A stretch of DNA of 64,000 bases. Source: an uncultured Bacteroidales bacterium. GTDB taxonomy: Bacteria > Bacteroidota > Bacteroidia > Bacteroidales > JAIOZK01. Made by a program: the position numbers and the translations under genes. The stretch covers positions 2,361 to 66,360 of the forward strand of contig CAZJYD010000003.1 of assembly GCA_964550205.1 (NCBI GenBank), in the 5' to 3' direction. The number at the start of each line of letters is the position of its first letter. The stretch's first letter is position 1. The notes under the pieces are model-generated. The model saw only the letters and a program-made list of their open reading frames with translations, was not told where the DNA came from and did no database searches. Of this stretch, positions 18,804 through 28,510 are shown one piece after another.

Positions 18804-21235
18804 ATGATTTTCCTCGCCGCCTTTTTCAGATAATGATAATCGAGATAGTACATGATTTTTATTGAGAAACTGTTGGTTGCAGGCGATTCGATAGTATTTC
18901 TTAAATTATCAAAGAAATTTTCTTCTATTACATCTTTTTGCGTATAGATTGCATTTTTCCAAACCAGTAAAAATTCACTTCCGGGAGAGAAGTTCCACTT
19001 AAATACCATATCAATATTAAAAGCATTAAAACTAAAATTTTCGTTTTCTGAATAATTATTTTTTCTGAGATCACCATCAGGAAGCAAGTCATAGAATTGA
19101 TTGTATTTTGTTTTTACCCAGTAATGGCGGAGGCGAAAAGATAGTGATGATTTATTTGTAAATATATAAACTGTGTTTAGTGTATTTGTAATATTGAGAA
19201 TATTTCTTTTTCCGAAAATGATTTTTTCATCGCCCTTGTAAGTGCTGTCCGTTACGTATCCAAGATTATTTATTTGTTTGCTGTAATCAAAATTATAGCT
19301 AATTGTCAGATTATCGTTTATTCGATACCTGGGTCTCAATCCTGCCCATTGAGTGGTTGATTTGTATTTATCTCCGTAAGCTACCCCATAATTAACATCT
19401 ACCACGAATTTTTTCCTGTAATCAGGAGAAAAGAAAAAACCGATCCAGCTTAAAGGCGGTTCTGCAAAATACCACCCATCTACTCTTGGTTCATAATAAT
19501 CGTGACCATCAAAGGGATGTGCACCGAAATTTGATCCGAAAGTAAGATAGTTTTTAAAGGTTACCCTTGTTCTAAAGTCGAAACCAAATTCTGTATATTC
19601 CCTTGGTGCATAAAGGCTTGAATACCATATATCTAAATCATTGTACCATTCATTAACAATCCAGAACGGATCGTAAATATTATATTCCAGTTCAACATTG
19701 TGGGAAAATTCATTATTGTTTCTGAGAAATCCTAGGTCGTTCGGATCATATTTATCGTTTTCAACATTTTGAGAATACTCAGCTAAAAAATTACCGCTTA
19801 TTTTACCAACAGAAGCATTATATTTAAAGCCTACATCAGGCTTGTTGTTATTAGAATATTTTTGACTGACATTGATATGACCTTTAAACTGGTATTTGTT
19901 TTTTTTATTTCTTAATTGCCAGTCTACACCGGTTACATTTGCTGTTTTATGGTTTATACCTCTAAAAACATTTGTATTATAGAAACCAATAGAAGAATTA
20001 TTATTTAATGATTTATCAAATACTATCATGTTGTAATTTGTAAGGGGTTGTGTAAGTATTTCTTTTTTCTTGCCCGCAGAGTCAATAACTTTTGCGTGGG
20101 AAGCAGAAGTTATAGCATTAAAAAATCCTATGCCAAGGTTATTACCAGTTTTACCTGAGATTTTTACAGCATTAAGCAACTGGTTTTTTTGGGGGTTTTC
20201 AATAATACTATCCTCAGCATAAGTATTTTTTATATCCTCATAATCCTGAGGTTTATCACCTATCCTTCTTGTATAAAATACACCATGTCGTTCGAAGAGC
20301 TCGGTGCCTTCAGTAAAAAAGGGACGCTTCTCGCTGTAATAAATTTCAAATGGGGAAAAGTTAAAAACAATATCATCAGACTGAACCTGACCGAAATCCG
20401 GTATAAGAGTAAGATCTAGTGTAAAGCTTTCATTTATTCCGTATTTGAGGTCCATTCCCATGTTATAAGAGGGTGTCCATTTTTTTTCTCCGGCTTTTTG
20501 TTCAATATAACCTGAAACATAAGGGAAAAATGAAAGACGCAGGGGAGGAGTAATATTTTCAATACCAAGTAATTCTCCCTGCTGGTTAATGAATCCCGAT
20601 TCCTTTACATCGATAAGATTCCATGAGGTATGTTGCCTTAGCCTTCTGATATTTCTTATTAAATTCATTCCCCATGTTTGAACTACCTTTTCAGGAAATC
20701 TAAGGGCCGAATAAGGAATTTTATATTCCACAGACCATCCTTCCTCGTTGATATTAACAGCGCTATACCATACGCCATCCCATGATTCATCTTCCCATCC
20801 GGAAATATTAGCTCTCATATCAACCTGAACTCCCGCTGCTGTTATAAAAAAACCATATGCTGTTTGTGCATCATTGAAAGGATCAAGATAAACTCCAAAA
20901 AAGTCATCATTCTCTATCTGGTCTCTTTTGGTTAGTTCAACGCATATACTATCAGGATTTGGATCATACATCAATGCTGCTAAGTAGATGGCATCATCAT
21001 CATAAATAAACTTGACTTCCGTATTGAAAATAGAAGGCTCTCCGTTATAAGGCCTGATCTGAACAAAATCTGTTGCTACAGGAATACCTTTCCAGACCGT
21101 ATCATTTAGGATACCATCAATATGGGGAGGTGTTTTTGTTCTTATTGCTTCAACATGCTTTTTCTGGTTTTGGGCAAAAGTTATTAAGGTTGATATGATA
21201 AGTATTGATGTGATTGTATATCTGATACTACTCAC
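18800..21235 (-). CDS. DUF5916-like outer-membrane protein with N-terminal CBM9-like domain
   Basis: 811 aa with a signal peptide and PPHIDGILNDTVWKGIPVATDF, typical of CBM9-like/DOMON N-termini. The large C-terminal region is rich in aromatics and Asn (beta-barrel-like). GTG start. Confidence 0.65.
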   Translation of the reverse strand: MSSIRYTITSILIISTLITFAQNQKKHVEAIRTKTPPHIDGILNDTVWKGIPVATDFVQIRPYNGEPSIFNTEVKFIYDDDAIYLAALMYDPNPDSICVELTKRDQIENDDFFGVYLDPFNDAQTAYGFFITAAGVQVDMRANISGWEDESWDGVWYSAVNINEEGWSVEYKIPYSALRFPEKVVQTWGMNLIRNIRRLRQHTSWNLIDVKESGFINQQGELLGIENITPPLRLSFFPYVSGYIEQKAGEKKWTPSYNMGMDLKYGINESFTLDLTLIPDFGQVQSDDIVFNFSPFEIYYSEKRPFFTEGTELFERHGVFYTRRIGDKPQDYEDIKNTYAEDSIIENPQKNQLLNAVKISGKTGNNLGIGFFNAITSASHAKVIDSAGKKKEILTQPLTNYNMIVFDKSLNNNSSIGFYNTNVFRGINHKTANVTGVDWQLRNKKNKYQFKGHINVSQKYSNNNKPDVGFKYNASVGKISGNFLAEYSQNVENDKYDPNDLGFLRNNNEFSHNVELEYNIYDPFWIVNEWYNDLDIWYSSLYAPREYTEFGFDFRTRVTFKNYLTFGSNFGAHPFDGHDYYEPRVDGWYFAEPPLSWIGFFFSPDYRKKFVVDVNYGVAYGDKYKSTTQWAGLRPRYRINDNLTISYNFDYSKQINNLGYVTDSTYKGDEKIIFGKRNILNITNTLNTVYIFTNKSSLSFRLRHYWVKTKYNQFYDLLPDGDLRKNNYSENENFSFNAFNIDMVFKWNFSPGSEFLLVWKNAIYTQKDVIEENFFDNLRNTIESPATNSFSIKIMYYLDYHYLKKAARKII

Positions 21236-21318
21236 GCAATATAATATTATGAATTAACACCTGATCATCTTATAACTTATATAATAAAGGGATATTGTAC
21301 TATGTGGATATATTATAT

Positions 21319-21837
21319 TTATCCGGACATTAGATCGCTGTATAGGCCATAATTTTCCTTGTCAAAGCAAACGAAGTATATTTTATCCAATTGATCATTA
21401 GAATTAATGAAATCATTTACGGTATTAATTGCAACTTTTGCAGCTTGCTCTTTGGGATAACCGTATACTCCTGTGCTTATATTTGGAAAAGCCAGTGTTT
21501 TGCAATTATTTTCTGCAGCAAGCATCAGGCTGTTATAATAGCATTTTTGCAAAAGCGTATTTTCATTATTCTTTCCTCCATGCCATACAGGTCCTACTGT
21601 ATGAATAACATATTTGGAAGGTAAATCATAACCTTTGGTTATTTTAGCTTCACCTGTATTGCAACCATTAAGAGTTCGGCATTCATCAAGGAGTTTTGAA
21701 CCGGCTGCTTTGTGAATGGCCCCGTCAACTCCTCCGCCGCCTAATAATGATTTGTTGGCTGCGTTAACTATTGCATTCACCTTTAGTGTTGTTATGTCTC
21801 CCTGAATAAGCTCTATTTTTGTTTTCATGTTATTCAT
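21319..21837 (-). CDS. macro-domain protein (O-acetyl-ADP-ribose deacetylase, YmdB-like)
   Basis: IVNAANKSLLGGGGVDGAIH and FPNISTGVYGYP motifs. Start is at 21837 or 21828. Confidence 0.85.
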   Translation of the reverse strand: MNNMKTKIELIQGDITTLKVNAIVNAANKSLLGGGGVDGAIHKAAGSKLLDECRTLNGCNTGEAKITKGYDLPSKYVIHTVGPVWHGGKNNENTLLQKCYYNSLMLAAENNCKTLAFPNISTGVYGYPKEQAAKVAINTVNDFINSNDQLDKIYFVCFDKENYGLYSDLMSG

Positions 21838-23203
21838 CTACTTTTCTTACAATTAATTGCGAAGTTGAATATTTTATTACCTTGATCTTTTCACCCTGCA
21901 TAATATATCCTGAAATAGCCGTTGCATCGAATATTTCATTATCAATTTCAACTTTACCTGCCGGCCTTAAAACTGTTCTTGCAATTCCTGTTTTACCTAT
22001 CATAGTTTGATATACCGTATCAGATGATGTATAGCCGTTTTCTTTTTTCTGAACATCATCAAGAGCAAGATGACCAAAAGTCGTAGTAGTAAACATTTTC
22101 TTTGTTAAAAAATAGGAGGCAATGATAGCAAGAAATATTGCTATGATCACAATAAAAAATGATTTGATTATTCTGTCAAACTGAACATTTGAAAAATCAA
22201 ATCCTACATTACCAATAAGACTAAGGGTTAATCCTGCGATTATTAAAATGATGCCGGAAATACCGGCTACCCCGAAGCCCGGTATAGCAAATATTTCAAC
22301 AGCCACCAGTACAATACCGACAATGAATATTACTATTTCCCAGTGATTGGCAAGTCCTTCGATATATAAAGGAGCAAAGTACAGTAAAGCTGCCAGTATT
22401 GCTGCAATTGAAGGAAATCCAAGACCGGGGCTCTGAAGCTCGAAATAAATACCTCCAATGATTATCATAATGAGCAAACCGCTTATTACCGGATTTATCA
22501 GAAAACCAATAATTTTATCAATTGGTTTTAGTTCCTGCTTGATGACTTTATAGTTTTTAATTCCGGCCTGATTTAGAATCTGGTTGATGCGATTTACTTG
22601 TCCTTCGCAAAAACCGTATTTAATAGCTTCACTGGTTGTGAATGTAAGGACTTTTCCCGAGTCACTTATACCTGGTATGTACATATCAGGATCAACCATA
22701 GCCTGAGCTATTTCCGGATTCCTTCCTTTTGTTTCTGCTGTGGAACGCATAAGTGAACGCATATATGATTGATACTTGTCGGGCAAAACTTCACCCTTCT
22801 GGTCCACGACTGTGGCTGCACCTATGCTTCCACCTGGCCTCATATAAATGCTATCGCAGGCTATAGCTATAAGAGCGCCGGCAGAAGCAGCATTATTATC
22901 AATAAAACAATAAACCGGAATATTGGATTGTAATATTTTCGTTCTGATGGAATCGGCTGATTCAAGCATTCCGCCATAAGTATTCATATGAATAATGATA
23001 AGATCGGCATTGGTGTCTTTTGCCTGTTGAAATGCTTTTTGAGTGGTGTGCCAAACAGGCGGTGCTATTTGTTTTTTTATATCGAATTTGTATACTATTG
23101 TTTTTTTATTGACAGGCTTTTCCTGTGAAAATAAGAATTGATGACAAAAGTTAAATACTATCAAAAAGATAAATATTCCTGTATTTTTTATATTTTTTTT
23201 CAT
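21830..23203 (-). CDS. NfeD-family membrane-bound serine protease (ClpP-class N-terminal domain, long form)
   Basis: Signal peptide, ClpP-like NTYGGMLESA...AASAGALIA, several TM helices and a C-terminal OB-like domain (GIARTVLRPAGKVEIDNEIFDA). ATG 23203 is preferred over the TTG at 23224. Confidence 0.8.
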   Translation of the reverse strand: MKKNIKNTGIFIFLIVFNFCHQFLFSQEKPVNKKTIVYKFDIKKQIAPPVWHTTQKAFQQAKDTNADLIIIHMNTYGGMLESADSIRTKILQSNIPVYCFIDNNAASAGALIAIACDSIYMRPGGSIGAATVVDQKGEVLPDKYQSYMRSLMRSTAETKGRNPEIAQAMVDPDMYIPGISDSGKVLTFTTSEAIKYGFCEGQVNRINQILNQAGIKNYKVIKQELKPIDKIIGFLINPVISGLLIMIIIGGIYFELQSPGLGFPSIAAILAALLYFAPLYIEGLANHWEIVIFIVGIVLVAVEIFAIPGFGVAGISGIILIIAGLTLSLIGNVGFDFSNVQFDRIIKSFFIVIIAIFLAIIASYFLTKKMFTTTTFGHLALDDVQKKENGYTSSDTVYQTMIGKTGIARTVLRPAGKVEIDNEIFDATAISGYIMQGEKIKVIKYSTSQLIVRKVDE

Positions 23204-23220
23204 TAATGAAATATTTGATA

Positions 23221-23559
23221 TCAATTGATTTTTTGATCTCTATGCATTTTAACATATAGTTTTTTCCATGCTCTTCTTTTCCAGTAAGTACGTGTCCAGT
23301 ATTTACCCCATCTGATATTCGTCCATAATCTTTCATGAAGGTAATAAAATAATAATTTGGCAGCTACTTCAATAGCAGTAATATATGAAGCATTTTCGAA
23401 AACCTGCGCCAGTGTCTGATCAGTAAACCTTCTGAAAACGACAAAAACAAGCAGGAAGGTAGTCAAGGATGCAATTATTCTCCAGCTTATTGATTTTAAG
23501 ACTGACCTTATCGGTGAATCTTTGTATTTTTTAGAAACAACTTCTGTATTACTTTTCAC
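23221..23559 (-). CDS. DUF2061-family membrane protein
   Basis: SVLKSISWRIIASLTTFLLVF... and YYLHERLW pattern; 112 aa; GTG start. Confidence 0.6.
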   Translation of the reverse strand: MKSNTEVVSKKYKDSPIRSVLKSISWRIIASLTTFLLVFVVFRRFTDQTLAQVFENASYITAIEVAAKLLFYYLHERLWTNIRWGKYWTRTYWKRRAWKKLYVKMHRDQKIN

Positions 23560-23598
23560 GGTTATTTAATGCATTTAATTTAGTGGTAATTTAATTAT

Positions 23599-24399
23599 TT
23601 ATGAACTTTTAGCAAAATAGTTTTTAATAAAATCCATTATTTTGTCATAAATGATGGCATTGGCAGCTACAATTTCCTTTCCGAAAAGAAAGCCCGGACT
23701 ACCTGAGAAATCACTAAGTTTACCACCAGCCTGTTCTACAAGAATTGATCCGGCAGCTACATCCCACGGATTAAGACCGTATTCATAAAATGCTTCAAAC
23801 CGTCCACATGCAACATATGCCAGGTCTAATGCTGCTGAGCCCAGTCTCCTTACCCCACGTGAATCCTTAATTAATTGCTTGAATAACTCAATGTATTTAT
23901 CAATATTACTATAATCGGAATAGGGGAAGCCGGTAGCTATAAGGGCTTCGTTGATTTTGGAGTTTTCCGAAACTTTAATGGTATTCCTGTTTAAGAGTGC
24001 TGGACCACCTTCCCATGAGTAAAAGCATTCCTGAGAATTTACTTCATAGATTACTCCTGAAATGATTTTATTATTTTTCATTAGTGCAATACTAATGGAG
24101 AATAAAGGTAATCCATGAATGAAATTAGTAGTTCCGTCAAGAGGATCAATTATCCAGTTAAATTCCTCAGCCTTTTCAAGCTCCTGGTTTTCCTCCACAA
24201 TAAAGCCGGCTTCAGGAAGGACTTTCGAAAGTTCCGAAACCAGTCTGTTTTCTGATTCCTTATCTACATAAGTTACGAAATCGTTTTTACCCTTTAATTC
24301 AATATCGGTATATTTCAATTTATTAACTTCGTCCTTGATATAGCTTCCAACGGCTCTTGACAGATTACAAACTTGTTTTGTCAGCAGTTCAAGGTGCAT
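23599..24399 (-). CDS. inositol monophosphatase family protein
   Basis: IIDPLDGTTNF, ATGFPY and PWDVAAG motifs. Confidence 0.85.
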   Translation of the reverse strand: MHLELLTKQVCNLSRAVGSYIKDEVNKLKYTDIELKGKNDFVTYVDKESENRLVSELSKVLPEAGFIVEENQELEKAEEFNWIIDPLDGTTNFIHGLPLFSISIALMKNNKIISGVIYEVNSQECFYSWEGGPALLNRNTIKVSENSKINEALIATGFPYSDYSNIDKYIELFKQLIKDSRGVRRLGSAALDLAYVACGRFEAFYEYGLNPWDVAAGSILVEQAGGKLSDFSGSPGFLFGKEIVAANAIIYDKIMDFIKNYFAKSS

Positions 24400-24402
24400 A
24401 GC

Positions 24403-25572
24403 TTACTCCGTTTTTTTAAGTTTTACTTTCTTATATCTTCTTCTGAAATAAATTATTCCTAATATACCCAAAATTACTAAAACAACGGATATAATTTCAG
24501 CTTGTGTTATTTTAAGACCGAAAATAGTATATTCGGTATTTATTCTTATTTTCTCAATAAAGAATCTTTCAATTCCATTCAATATCAGGTAAATTGCAAA
24601 AAGCATACCCGGAACCTTCAATTTTTTCCTTATTGACCAGAGAATAATGAAAAGGATTATAGCTATGGTAGTTTCATAAATCGGAGTTGGAAATACTGGT
24701 TCTGCGAGTTTATAGCAATATTCTCCGGTACAGCCTTCAATAGGCACGCCTTGTTTTAAAACATTATGAGGATAGTCATATGACCATAACCAATCAGGTA
24801 TCCAGCTCAGCCAGTCGGGCTTTGGACTTATATTTATAATTCCCCAGTCACCGTCACCGGAAACCTGGCATCCTATTCTGCCAATACCATAGGCTATCAT
24901 AAGTGATGGTGCAGCCGAATCGGCCAGATGTACCCAGGGGATTTTGTTTTTTTCGGCATACCATACAAGAGCAACTGTGGCAACAATGAGACCACCATAA
25001 AATGTTAAACCGCTAAAGGAGAATAATGATCCTATGGGATCAGCTATAAACTCACTCCAGTTTTCCAACTGATGAAATATTTTTGCCCCGATAATGCCGG
25101 CGATGGCAGCTATAAGAATTATGGATCCTGTTAATTGATAAGGGTGAACATCTAACTCTATATATTTGGGTTCTTTTAGTTTATTTTTTTGTTTTTTCCA
25201 GAATGTGTATCCGGCGCTTGCTATTCCTATTACCAGTCCTCCAATCCAGCTGCCTTCCCTGGAAAATATAAATTGCTGGGGATTATTTGCAAAAGAAGAA
25301 TAATCAATAAAAATTCCAACTATCTTGTATCCAATGATAAAACCTATTATTGCCGAAATCACCAGATCATATACAGATGCGGGTTTTCCTTTTAATACCT
25401 TTTTTTTATGAGGTTTAAGTATTTTCTTTTTTTCTTTTCTCTTTAACTCATAATACAACAGGTAACCTGCAATTAGAAAAGCCAGTGCAACAAAAAAGCC
25501 ATAGCTCTGTATCGGCAGATTAATATTCGTACCGAAAACATCGTTTATCAGATCACTAAGCTTTGGATACAT
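24403..25572 (-). CDS. lgt: prolipoprotein diacylglyceryl transferase
   Basis: Polytopic membrane protein with YGIGRIGCQVSGD (Lgt signature) and a C-terminal basic tail. ATG 25572 is preferred over the TTG at 25602. Confidence 0.85.
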   Translation of the reverse strand: MYPKLSDLINDVFGTNINLPIQSYGFFVALAFLIAGYLLYYELKRKEKKKILKPHKKKVLKGKPASVYDLVISAIIGFIIGYKIVGIFIDYSSFANNPQQFIFSREGSWIGGLVIGIASAGYTFWKKQKNKLKEPKYIELDVHPYQLTGSIILIAAIAGIIGAKIFHQLENWSEFIADPIGSLFSFSGLTFYGGLIVATVALVWYAEKNKIPWVHLADSAAPSLMIAYGIGRIGCQVSGDGDWGIINISPKPDWLSWIPDWLWSYDYPHNVLKQGVPIEGCTGEYCYKLAEPVFPTPIYETTIAIILFIILWSIRKKLKVPGMLFAIYLILNGIERFFIEKIRINTEYTIFGLKITQAEIISVVLVILGILGIIYFRRRYKKVKLKKTE

Positions 25573-25662
25573 ATGATTTGATCTTGTTAATATGGCAGGC
25601 AAAGTTAATTTTTTTAATAAAACTGAAGAGTGATCGTTTGGAAATTAGGGAGTGTTTGTTAT

Positions 25663-25708
25663 TGGTCAATTGTCATTAGTCATTGTGTTATTAGTCATCA
25701 TGGTCAAT
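25663..25708. repeat. mirror-arranged paired octamers (A-B-B-A) in the lgt upstream region
   Basis: TGGTCAAT at 25663-25670 and 25701-25708; ATTAGTCA at 25675-25682 and 25690-25697. Confidence 0.6.
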
Positions 25709-25955
25709 CATTAATTGTGTTTTATCAATTTATTTATTATTTTTATAAAATGGTAAAATTGCAACAAATATTCTTATAGAATTAAAAATCACTAAATCGG
25801 AAAAGGAAAAGAAAAATTGGTCAAGTTACTTAGTTTGGACTAATTTATATAAAGTATCGCCTAATATAAAAGGAAGAAATCCTTCAAATCCCAAATCCAT
25901 CCCCAAAGCACTACAGGCTTCAATGGGTGTTCGATATTCGGATATCAATAACAGT

Positions 25956-26846
25956 TCAACGATTTAGTATTCTATCACTATATTTCTGAAGTATTATACC
26001 ACTAACGATCAGCAATAATCCAATAATAGTCGAAAGCAGGATATGCTCGCCTACGGCAAAGCGAATTATTATCAGAGCGATGAAGGGCGACAGGTAAACC
26101 AGGTTGCTCACTTTGGCAGTGGTGGAAGATAGCTTTAGTGCCTTTAACCAGATTACATAGGTTATTCCCATCTCAAAAATTCCGATATATAATGATCCCA
26201 GCAATCCTCTTGTTTCAGGAAAATCTATCTTATAAAAACAAAGTATTGTTATAAGGATATAAATGAAACCAAAACAAATATTCAGGAAGATCTTGATAAC
26301 ATCATCACGCTTATCCTTTACATTGAATATCCAGAAGAGCGACCAGAAGATTGCGCTTCCTACAGCCAGGGCAACACCGAAAGGATCAGAAAATTCAAGT
26401 TTCAATACTCTTCCATGAGTGGAAATGACAACGATTCCTAAAAAACTTAATATAATAGCAATCAGGCTCAGCCAGTTGATCTTTTGCTTTAGTATGGGAA
26501 TTGAAAGGAGTACCAAAACTATGGGCCATGTATAGTTTAGAGTTCCTGCTTCCTGTGCCATTAGTAATGAATAGGCTTTGAACAAAACAACGTAATAAAG
26601 GAAAGGATTAAGAAGTCCAAGAACAGCTGATCTTCCCAGGGAGCTTAATGTAATTTCCCTTAGTAGATGTAGTTTCTGTTGAAGACTCAGAATAGTAAAC
26701 AAAATTATAATTGAAAAAAAGGAAGAGAACAATAACAGATTAAGAAAATCGGTATACCTTAAAGTAAGCTTGAAGGCTGAACTCATTGTCGACCAGAACA
26801 TAACAGCAATAATTGCCAGAAGATATGCTTTGGTTTGATTTGTCAT
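25956..26846 (-). CDS. DMT-superfamily transporter (EamA-like, two EamA repeats)
   Basis: 296 aa with about 10 TM helices and an internally duplicated hydrophobic pattern typical of EamA/RhaT. Confidence 0.8.
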   Translation of the reverse strand: MTNQTKAYLLAIIAVMFWSTMSSAFKLTLRYTDFLNLLLFSSFFSIIILFTILSLQQKLHLLREITLSSLGRSAVLGLLNPFLYYVVLFKAYSLLMAQEAGTLNYTWPIVLVLLSIPILKQKINWLSLIAIILSFLGIVVISTHGRVLKLEFSDPFGVALAVGSAIFWSLFWIFNVKDKRDDVIKIFLNICFGFIYILITILCFYKIDFPETRGLLGSLYIGIFEMGITYVIWLKALKLSSTTAKVSNLVYLSPFIALIIIRFAVGEHILLSTIIGLLLIVSGIILQKYSDRILNR

Positions 26847-26852
26847 ATTGTT

Positions 26853-28382
26853 TTATTTTATTTTTGCCCAGTCAGGAAAAACGTTCACATCGATATCAAA
26901 GACATACCTGCCCAGAAAATAAACTGCTATGGTAACTACAATCACTCCCAATATATTTAATATCAATCCTGTTTTTGCCATATCCGCAATTCTCAATTTA
27001 CTAGAACCAAACACAATAGCATTGGGAGGCGTAGCAACAGGTAGCATAAAAGCCATTGATCCGGCCAGTGTTGCAGGGATCATGAAAAGCAGGGGATTTA
27101 TATGAATAGTGGTTGCTAATCCCGCAAGAATTGGCAGCATCATTTCAGTAGTTGCAGTGTTTGAGGTCAATTCGGTTAAAAAGGTCATCATAAATGTAAT
27201 TGTCAGAACAGTAAAGACAGGATGTATTGCTGCTACCCAGTTCAGTTGACTACCAAACCATACAGACAGCCCCGATTCCTTAAATCCTGTAGCAAGTGCA
27301 AAACCGCCGCCAAACAACAATACAATCCCCCAGGGTAGTTTTCTGGCGGTTTGCCAGTCCATTAAAAAATTACCTTTAATATTTTTTGAAGGGATAAAAA
27401 ACAAAGGAACCGACATCATAATAGCAACGGTGCCGTCATTGATATAATCAGGAACTGCAAAAATATTTGCCCATCCGGGAATTACAAATTTGCCAAATGC
27501 AATATCTGATCTTGTCAGCCAGAGTAATGCAAGTATTATAAAATCAATAAAAACAATTTTTTCCTCATACGATAATTTGCCTATTCTTTTGTATTGTTCC
27601 CTGATGGCTGATGAATCTATGGTTTTCCATGATGTGGCATCGGGCTTGAATCGTATGTATAAGTAAAACCATACAATTGTCAAAAAAACAATGCTAATGG
27701 GCAAAGCAAAGAAGAACCAATGAGCAAAGGAAATTTCAGGTGCATCAGGGAAATATATCTGGAATATTCTTGCAAATGATAAATTGGGAGGTGTACCCAC
27801 CAGGGTGGCAATTCCACCTATGGATGCGCTATAAGCAACTCCCAGCAGCAAACCGATTGAATATTTTGAAACATTTTTTTCTCCAACAGATTCTTCGAGT
27901 TTTGAGATGATGGACATAAGTATGGGAACCATCATCATTGTTGTAGCTGTGTTGGATATCCACATTGAAAGAAATGCAGTTGCTACCATAAAACCCATTA
28001 ATATCCTGCCGGGACCGGTTCCAATAGTTAATAATATCTTCAATGCAATTCGCCTGTGCAGATTCCATTTTTGCATGGCAAGAGCAACAATAAATCCTCC
28101 AATAAATAGAAAAATAACATGATTAAAATATGTGGCGGAAACGTTCTTACCATCCATAATTCCCATAAGTGGAAATAATATTATTGGTAAGAGAGAAGTT
28201 ACTGCAAGCGGAACAACTTCGGATATCCACCAGATTGCCATCCATAATGCCGCAGCCAGCGTGTATGTAACTTCCGGTTTATCTGGTTCCAGGTTCAAAA
28301 ACAGGGTAACAATTAAAAAGGCTAAAGGTCCGCTTATAAGTCCTGTCAGCCATCTAATCGATAAATTAGAAAGGTCTCTCAT
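26853..28382 (-). CDS. DASS/SLC13-family anion:sodium symporter
   Basis: 509 aa, polytopic, with repeated SNTATT hairpin motifs (WISNTATTMMMVP and LTSNTATTEMMLP) characteristic of DASS transporters. Confidence 0.85.
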   Translation of the reverse strand: MRDLSNLSIRWLTGLISGPLAFLIVTLFLNLEPDKPEVTYTLAAALWMAIWWISEVVPLAVTSLLPIILFPLMGIMDGKNVSATYFNHVIFLFIGGFIVALAMQKWNLHRRIALKILLTIGTGPGRILMGFMVATAFLSMWISNTATTMMMVPILMSIISKLEESVGEKNVSKYSIGLLLGVAYSASIGGIATLVGTPPNLSFARIFQIYFPDAPEISFAHWFFFALPISIVFLTIVWFYLYIRFKPDATSWKTIDSSAIREQYKRIGKLSYEEKIVFIDFIILALLWLTRSDIAFGKFVIPGWANIFAVPDYINDGTVAIMMSVPLFFIPSKNIKGNFLMDWQTARKLPWGIVLLFGGGFALATGFKESGLSVWFGSQLNWVAAIHPVFTVLTITFMMTFLTELTSNTATTEMMLPILAGLATTIHINPLLFMIPATLAGSMAFMLPVATPPNAIVFGSSKLRIADMAKTGLILNILGVIVVTIAVYFLGRYVFDIDVNVFPDWAKIK

Positions 28383-28478
28383 GTTGATTTTACATATATA
28401 TGGAAAATGCGAAAATAAGAAATCCTTATTGATATAATAATTTTTATCAAGTAATTAAATGGATAACAGAGAATTTCC

Positions 28479-28486
28479 TAAATTTG
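28479..28486 (+). promoter_or_regulatory. -7 promoter box (TAAATTTG)
   Basis: TAnnTTTG match 25 nt upstream of the carbamate kinase ATG. Confidence 0.3.
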
Positions 28487-28510
28487 CGTTTTCTATTAAA
28501 CAGCAAGAAA

